A stretch of DNA of 22,166 nt from a virus: the IMG/VR virus record IMGVR_UViG_3300044971_003869. One strand, written 5' to 3'. The first letter of the stretch is position 1; each line of letters begins with the position of its first letter. The position numbers were made by a program, and so were the translations under genes. Shown here piece by piece: positions 6,418 through 12,534 of the stretch. The notes under the pieces are model-generated. The model did no database searches. It was not told the origin of the DNA and saw only the letters and a list, made by a program, of their open reading frames with translations.

Positions 6418-7041
6418 CTAGGCAAACTTTGACTGACTAGCAAATACAGTAAAGGTACTAGCTGCTGTTTTGATAATCGTCAAAGTATAAACATCTACAG
6501 AGTTTGCATTTCCGCTTGGCGCAGATCCACCAAACCATTTTGTTGACACTGTTGCATTCGTATCAATTGTGACACTGCTTAAATTTCTGGCAGTTGAGTT
6601 TGTGCAGAACAAAACTACAGTTAAAGACTGCCCAGTAGACATAAGAGAATCTAGTGTATTAGAAGAATTTCCCCTTATATTAAATGTGAAGTTGCCACTT
6701 GAATTTGATGTATAGTAATAAACAGCTCCTGACAACATGTCTATGTTTACTGTTCCAGTGAGCGCAGTGGACGATAAGGAAGCCTGCTCTAAAGATTGTT
6801 GAAGTGTTGTTGTTCCAGTAATGGTTAAGCTGTTATCTGTTTTTAAAACACCCGCTGAGGACCTATATATATTAGTGTCTGAATTTCCAGAACCAGAACT
6901 CCATTTTATTTTGCCTCCAGCATCAATTGCAAAGTTTGGAGTAGCACTGCTAGATGGGCCTATCTCAATAGCATTATCTGAAGATGTACTAAATTTTTGA
7001 GCACGAATTAAATTATAAAAATTAGGCATGGCCTCAACCAC
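6418..7041 (-). CDS. short tail fibre / receptor-binding protein sharing a C-terminal tip module with the 888-aa fibre
   Basis: The C-terminal ~135 aa align with the C-terminus of 9583..12249 (LQQSLE, NID.L, F.FN.RGNSS..L.SLMST.QS.T.VLF, KWFGGS.PSGNA..DVYT.TIIKT, ASQSKFA). The N-terminus has the DTNIYRSSAGVLKTD fibre-type motif. The start could be GTG 7041 or ATG 7029. Confidence 0.75.
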   Translation of the reverse strand: MVEAMPNFYNLIRAQKFSTSSDNAIEIGPSSSATPNFAIDAGGKIKWSSGSGNSDTNIYRSSAGVLKTDNSLTITGTTTLQQSLEQASLSSTALTGTVNIDMLSGAVYYYTSNSSGNFTFNIRGNSSNTLDSLMSTGQSLTVVLFCTNSTARNLSSVTIDTNATVSTKWFGGSAPSGNANSVDVYTLTIIKTAASTFTVFASQSKFA

Positions 7042-7077
7042 ATTCCTTCTATGTAGGGCCCTTCAAGGCTTATTTAA

Positions 7078-7085
7078 ATAGTAAT
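7078..7085 (-). promoter_or_regulatory. RTTACTAT motif (ATTACTAT), candidate promoter
   Basis: Plus strand reads atagtaat. It lies 36 nt upstream of the GTG at 7041, in the gap after the stop at 7092. Confidence 0.4.
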
Positions 7086-7091
7086 AAAATC

Positions 7092-8192
7092 TCAAACTTG
7101 ACACAAGTCTAATATGTCTTTGTAGTTACCAAAGACCTCAACAAATATTGAGTACATACCATATGCTTCTGGATTTTTGTTTTTAAGAGCTATTTTTACT
7201 GCTTCTATTTGAGATCCATCAAATGAATTAAAATCTAATCCAAGACCGTCAAGTATTATTGACTGTTGGGTTTGTAGTTTTTCTATTTCTTTTTGTAAAA
7301 TATAATTTTTATCCTCTTCAGAAAGATTGATATTAAATATATTAATTAAATTAGACAATGAAAGATGAGCTACTCTTTTTAGCACTTCGGTATTCATTAA
7401 TTGAGTTAATGAGCCAAACGAATCTGTGCCTACCTTAGCATCTGGATCACCGGACAAATATTTAAAAACTTGCATGTCTGGTTGAGTAGATCTAATCTCA
7501 TTTTTAAATTCTTCAGAAAATTTTAATGTATTAATAAAGTTTTTTGCTCTAGAAGAAATTGTCTCATTGTTATTCCATGGCTCTTCTGTAACGTCTGACC
7601 ATTCAATAATCTGCTTTAAGTTTCCTTGGAGTGTTTTAGATGTTCTTGGAAATGGGTCTTCATTTAAATAATAATTTTCATCTACGTTTGCATGAATGTA
7701 TATTAGATGAGCAACGGAATTAATAGAAAATATTGGTTCATAAACATATAGATCTTCAAGATTATCAATCAAAGGAACTGGATCTGCATCATCTTTCATA
7801 AAAGTCTCAGGCCCATACTTATCGTAGTGACATCTCCATGCATTCCATACTGGAATTGAATCATGGAATAAGAATCCACCAACAGAATCATTTGGATCAT
7901 TGTCATAATATCTTTTAATTCTTTCAAATATTTGAAGATTAATTATTTCCTCTTCAATACCATCAGAAGCTACAAGATTATTTAAAGCAAAAATGCTTAA
8001 GCTATGGTTGAAGCAAATAAGTATATTGTTGTCCGGAAGTCTAAGAGCTTTAATGTTATCTTCATAAACTTTATTCTCTTCTATTTTTTTAAGAAATATT
8101 GTTATTTCTTCAGAGGTTTTTCCAATATGCTGTAGCACAAAGAAAGTTGAGTATTCATCAATAACTTCTTTATTAAAATTTTCTATAATCAT
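7092..8192 (-). CDS. hypothetical acidic protein (366 aa), orphan
   Basis: AAGGAG serves as SD and overlaps the upstream stop. The protein is rich in N/K/I/E/F. No TM segment and no motif recognised. Confidence 0.7.
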   Translation of the reverse strand: MIIENFNKEVIDEYSTFFVLQHIGKTSEEITIFLKKIEENKVYEDNIKALRLPDNNILICFNHSLSIFALNNLVASDGIEEEIINLQIFERIKRYYDNDPNDSVGGFLFHDSIPVWNAWRCHYDKYGPETFMKDDADPVPLIDNLEDLYVYEPIFSINSVAHLIYIHANVDENYYLNEDPFPRTSKTLQGNLKQIIEWSDVTEEPWNNNETISSRAKNFINTLKFSEEFKNEIRSTQPDMQVFKYLSGDPDAKVGTDSFGSLTQLMNTEVLKRVAHLSLSNLINIFNINLSEEDKNYILQKEIEKLQTQQSIILDGLGLDFNSFDGSQIEAVKIALKNKNPEAYGMYSIFVEVFGNYKDILDLCQV

Positions 8193-8200
8193 AATTCTCC

Positions 8201-9575
8201 TTATGGACCATAATACTTAAATATTATAGCACCGCTATTTCCATTAGCGCCACCAGGAAATAGTAATGAATTAGGGTCTCCACCATTTCCTCCTTTACCG
8301 TGCATGTCTGATGCATGCGAAGTTCCTTGTCCACTAGATCCTGATCCGGAACCGCCGCCTCCACCAGTTAAGCCATTAGTGGTTGTTGATGCTCCAGCGT
8401 TTCCGCCAACGTAAGTTCCTCCAGTGCCAGTATGACTAGCGCCTGCTCCAGCTGTTCCAGCTCCACCACCACCAGCATATATTGCAGATTTACCACTTAA
8501 ATCATATCTACCCTGTCCTCCAGCGTTTCCATTAGCTGAACCACCATCATTATCTCTTGTACCAGTAGATGGGGAAGATGAAATTGCACCTTCGCCTCCT
8601 ACAGCAGAAATTGTTGTATTAGTTCCGGTTATAGAAGTTGTTCCTCCAGTGCCACCTCTGGTTACAGGACTAGAATCAAGAGTAAACCCTGCTGCACCTC
8701 CGCCTCCTATTGTCCAACTTACGATCCTTGATCCGTCTGTTACTAAAGCACTTGCATGCGAGTTAAGAGTTCCACCACCGCCACCTCCAGCCCAGCCTGC
8801 ACCGCCTCCGCCACCAACTACAGCAATTTGGTAAATATAAACTGGTTGGGCAGATCCTCCAGTTGGGGTGACTGTGTCTATAGTGCGTGAACCATTTGTG
8901 TTGCTTGGCCCCTGTGTTTTTAGTGTCCAAGGAGTAAATGATGTTGAAGAAGAATAAACTGTACCTGCTGCATTAACTGCTTTAGCTCTTACATAATATG
9001 GTTGACCGTCTGATAAGAATCCAGTTGCATTAAAATATGCTGAAGCGCTGTTTGTTGTTACTGGAGAGCCGACTGCAGTCCCTGCTTTAGAGGTAGTCGC
9101 ATCCCATGAGGAGTTATCTCTACTCCATTCAAATGTGACAGTAGTGCTTGCTCCACCCCAAGAAACAGTTGCATTATAAGTTGCGAGTTCTTGGTTGTAA
9201 TTTGTAACGGAATTAATTGTAACTGTTGCAGTTGTTCTCGGTGTAGTATTCGTTGACAATGTTGCAGATGCGGCACCGCCGCCAAGAGTATTGACAGCTC
9301 TTAGCTGAACGTTGTATGCGGTTCCATTTGTTAATCCAGGAATTGTAATAGGACTAGTTGAATCTGCTGGACTTAATGCCGTCCATGTAGAGCCACTATT
9401 TAAGGAATATTCATAATTAGTTATTTCTAGTCCACCGATTAAATGCAGGTGCAGTAAAAGAAATTACCAACTGACCATTTCCTGGAGTAGAAGACAAAGA
9501 TGTTGGAGCGTCGGGAGTAGTTCCACCACCAAAATATCCTCTAGCTGCTTGTCCTCTTCCTGCTAAAAATGGCAT
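8201..9575 (-). CDS. fibre-associated structural protein: two FN3-like domains plus a glycine-rich C-terminal domain; reading frame broken by 1 nt near 9437
   Basis: The track ORF 8201..9259 starts only at a TTG, but its frame is open up to 9463 with no start codon. The ATG at 9575 opens a 52-codon frame ending at TAA 9419..9417. The two frames join as ...GNGQLVISFTAPAFN|GGLEITNYEYSLNSGSTW, a continuous FN3 strand pattern, if one base (9437) is skipped. The C-terminus has VVGGGGGAGWAGGGGGG-type Gly runs. Confidence 0.65.
8260..8267 (-). promoter_or_regulatory. RTTACTAT motif (ATTACTAT) inside the 3' end of the Gly-rich gene
   Basis: Plus strand reads atagtaat. It lies 67 nt upstream of the ATG at 8192. 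As the only intragenic copy, it is the one most likely to be chance. Confidence 0.25.
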
Positions 9576-9582
9576 AAGTTAC

Positions 9583-12249
9583 CTACGCAAACTTAGATTG
9601 ACTTGCATAAACCGTATAGGTTGCTGATCCGGTTTTAATAATTGTAATAGTATAAACATCTGTTGCACTAGCGTTTCCAGACGGAGTAGAGCCGCCAAAC
9701 CATTTGATTGTTTGGGATGTTCCATCTATATTAATTCCGCTTAAAGATCTTGCTGTTGTATTGGCTATAAATAAAACGGTTGTTATAGATTGATTTGTGG
9801 ACATTAGTGAATTCAAAGATGTTGAACTATTGCCTCTAAAATTAAATGTAAAATCACCAGTAGATGTATATGTATAGATAGCAGAAGTTAAAAGATCTAT
9901 ATTAGTTGTACCTGTTAAGTTGCCGCCTGCGGTTGTTTTTTCTAAAGACTGCTGAAGTGAAGTTGTTCCAGTTAAACTTATGCCAGCAAATGTTGGAGAA
10001 TCACTAGTGGCAACAGCTTGACCTATGGCAACCTGGGCAGAAGATCCTTCTCCTGGAGTGTGCGTAACACTAACTCCTGTTCCAGCGGTTACATCGGATA
10101 AATAATTGCCAACCGTATCAGTGCCAAGATTGATTGGATCATTTACCCAAGCAGAACCATCCCATTTTAAGTAGTCTCCAGATGATGGAGATGGAACAGT
10201 TGTGTCACTTAATTCATCTAAACTAATTGCGTCATTAACCCAAGCCGTACCATTCCATTTAAGGTAATCCCCAGAAGATGGGCTCGGCGCAGTAACATCT
10301 CCAATATTATCTAACCCTGCAACTGTTGCACTAAATGTTTTATTAATCCATTTAGATGTAGCTACATCCCAGGCTAATACTTGATCAGAAGATGGTGCTG
10401 GTGCAACGACATCTGTTAAGTCATCAACAGCAGCAACGACCGTTGCTACACCTGGTATATATTTATTTAAAGATGAACTATACTTAAGAACATTTGTGTC
10501 TGCTGGACTTGTTGTGTCTATTTCTATACCGCCAACTGTAATCTTAGGTATAGTTGCCATCCCAGTAAATGTAGGCGTTGCACTGTTAGCTTTTAGGTCT
10601 AATGCAGCAAGAGGTGCGTAAGCAACAGAATCAAGTGATCCATCTCCCTTTACGAATTGACCAGAGGTTCCACCCTGAGTTATGAACTTCTCTGCGTTTA
10701 TGTACTGGAAGTAGTCAATAGAATTAGCGGTACCGCCAGTTCCTGATGTAGCAGCCAAAGTTGAGGAAAGCTTGTCATAAACACAGTTAAGGATTGAATA
10801 AAAACCGTTTAGTACAACTGGTGCAACATTATTAAGTGCTGAAGTTAAAAATTGACAGTTGGCTAAAGTTATAACGCTTGAGGCTGCGGATGTGACGGCA
10901 TTAGTCACAGCAGCGGGAATAATCGAATCCACAAGAGATAAAGTTCCAGCAGTTAACACTGGAGCAACAGCGACAGCACTCTTAACAATTACATTGGCAC
11001 TAGCATTATTGACTGTTACAAAGTTAGGGTTACCTCCAAAAATTGCAAACAAACCTGCACCAGTAATACTCACAGCGCCAAAATCACACAAACGAGCAAC
11101 CGTGTAATCGGCGTTACTGCTCTTTGTAAAAGTGCCAGAAACCTCGCAGTTGAGTATGTTTACATTTCCCTGAGCAGTGGGCGTACTGACCGTCAGGTTT
11201 GTCATTTTTATGCCCGAGATAGTGCAACCAGTGTTTGTACTTACCGTCCCTGAAATAACTATGTTTCCACCAATAAGACCGGGTCCAGTCAAGGTCGTAT
11301 ATTGAGTGGTTATTGACGGGCTTTCCGTGTATGTACCTGGATGAATGATAACTGTTTTGCGTTGTGAAGTCACTAAAGTAAGGGCTTTAGTAATAGATGC
11401 AACAGGGGTTAGTAAATCACCATTACCAGTAGTGTCATTTCCATCTACTTGGCTAACATGGATTTCATAGTCGTAACCAGTAAAGGTTGGTTGCTTGGAG
11501 TCTAACTGTGCTTGAACCCCCGAAGTAACCCCATCAAGATATCCAATTTCAGTATCTGAAACATTTCCAATAGAGGTTGTTGAAGGAAGAGTGGTCGTTC
11601 CGGTAAATGTTGGACCAGAAGTTGGGGCTTTAGAATTAATTTGTGTCTGTATTGCTGAAGTAACTCCATTTAAATATCCAATTTCAGTATCGGATATATC
11701 TGCTACACGAGTTTGAACTATTGAAGTATCGATTGAGATGTTAGGTGTTGCACCTTCCCCAGAGTTATTGGATATAGTTACGCCAGTTCCAGCTACTAAA
11801 TTCTTAGTATAGTCACCGATAGTATGTAGGCCAAGGGTTACAGAATTTTCTATGATAGAACTTAAATCTAGATAAGTACTTCCATCATTTGTGAACTGCC
11901 ATTTATCTGTCGACTCATTCCATCTAATGGATACGTTTGTAGAAGTACCTCTCTCAACTTCAAGTCCAGCATTCTCTGTTGGGACACCTGTAACATTGCT
12001 ATTTAATATTAAAATATTATCAGCAACTGTTACCGTTTCAACATTAACTGAAACTGTTGTACCAGATACTGTTAAATTACCTGTGATAGTTACGTCATCG
12101 TCAGTGCTTACGGCTGACATATCGTCTCTCAACCAGGACCAAGTAGTGGCGACTAAATTTTCATTATCGTCTTTGTAATAAACTATTCCATTAATTGGAT
12201 CGAGGGCTATCTGCCCTTTGTTAATACTAGGAGGGACGGGTAAAGACAT
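9583..12249 (-). CDS. long tail fibre (888 aa) with a beta-helix-like core
   Basis: AAGGA serves as SD. The N-terminus is of the type ADNILILNS..TENAGLEVERG..IRWNES.DKWQF. Duplicated SDTEIGYL(N/D)GVTS..Q.Q..SK.PTFTG repeats are present. There are three P.PSS(GDY/DQV)L.W....W.N repeats. GxY...AGTGV....GEG boxes occur twice. Residues ~260-510 look like a pectate-lyase-type helix (HVSQVDGNDTTGNG..PV.SI.KAL...IIHPGTYTE, then short Val/Asn/Cys-rich rungs). Confidence 0.88.
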   Translation of the reverse strand: MSLPVPPSINKGQIALDPINGIVYYKDDNENLVATTWSWLRDDMSAVSTDDDVTITGNLTVSGTTVSVNVETVTVADNILILNSNVTGVPTENAGLEVERGTSTNVSIRWNESTDKWQFTNDGSTYLDLSSIIENSVTLGLHTIGDYTKNLVAGTGVTISNNSGEGATPNISIDTSIVQTRVADISDTEIGYLNGVTSAIQTQINSKAPTSGPTFTGTTTLPSTTSIGNVSDTEIGYLDGVTSGVQAQLDSKQPTFTGYDYEIHVSQVDGNDTTGNGDLLTPVASITKALTLVTSQRKTVIIHPGTYTESPSITTQYTTLTGPGLIGGNIVISGTVSTNTGCTISGIKMTNLTVSTPTAQGNVNILNCEVSGTFTKSSNADYTVARLCDFGAVSITGAGLFAIFGGNPNFVTVNNASANVIVKSAVAVAPVLTAGTLSLVDSIIPAAVTNAVTSAASSVITLANCQFLTSALNNVAPVVLNGFYSILNCVYDKLSSTLAATSGTGGTANSIDYFQYINAEKFITQGGTSGQFVKGDGSLDSVAYAPLAALDLKANSATPTFTGMATIPKITVGGIEIDTTSPADTNVLKYSSSLNKYIPGVATVVAAVDDLTDVVAPAPSSDQVLAWDVATSKWINKTFSATVAGLDNIGDVTAPSPSSGDYLKWNGTAWVNDAISLDELSDTTVPSPSSGDYLKWDGSAWVNDPINLGTDTVGNYLSDVTAGTGVSVTHTPGEGSSAQVAIGQAVATSDSPTFAGISLTGTTSLQQSLEKTTAGGNLTGTTNIDLLTSAIYTYTSTGDFTFNFRGNSSTSLNSLMSTNQSITTVLFIANTTARSLSGINIDGTSQTIKWFGGSTPSGNASATDVYTITIIKTGSATYTVYASQSKFA

Positions 12250-12258
12250 TTAAAATCC

Positions 12259-12504
12259 TTATTCTGTTTTAGCTTTTTTATCAACCTTATTAAAAACTTG
12301 ATTAATTTCAGCTACAGAAAGTTTTCCATCATCTAAAAATGCTCTAGAAAGACCTTCTATTACAGTAGCCACACCAGCCATTCCTGCCATAAAGCAAGCT
12401 TTCCATAAAGGAACACCTGCTATAGCTCCAGCACCAATGACGCTAAGCCCTGATGCTGCAAATGTGGCTACTATTCTTAAAATTATATTGTTTAAAGTTT
12501 TCAA
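12259..12504 (-). CDS. small two-TM membrane protein, holin-like
   Basis: TTG start with GGAGGG 4 nt upstream. Two hydrophobic helices (IVATFAASGLSVIGAGAIAGV and ACFMAGMAGVATVI) precede a charged C-terminal tail. The layout resembles r1t/LL-H-type holins, but this call rests on architecture only. Confidence 0.45.
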   Translation of the reverse strand: MKTLNNIILRIVATFAASGLSVIGAGAIAGVPLWKACFMAGMAGVATVIEGLSRAFLDDGKLSVAEINQVFNKVDKKAKTE

Positions 12505-12515
12505 CTTACCCTCCT

Positions 12516-12523
12516 ATAGTAAT
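12516..12523 (-). promoter_or_regulatory. RTTACTAT motif (ATTACTAT) abutting the SD of the holin-like gene
   Basis: The minus strand reads ATTACTATAGGAGGGTAAGTTG. The motif is only 11 nt from the start codon. Confidence 0.35.
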
Positions 12524-12534
12524 GATTAATTCTA

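Noticed and set aside
7042-7077. Possible terminator hairpin around AGGGCCCT/GCCTTGAAGGGC between the orphan gene and the short fibre
   Set aside because: Only a 3-4 bp stem can be drawn and there is no U-tract. It is not convincing as a terminator.
8649-8834. 61-aa proline-rich plus-strand ORF, and the 75-aa minus-strand ORF at 9058..9285
   Set aside because: The first is a mirror image of the poly-Gly codons (GGN read as NCC) of the glycine-rich gene. The second is an off-frame overlap inside the FN3 region. Neither has independent support.
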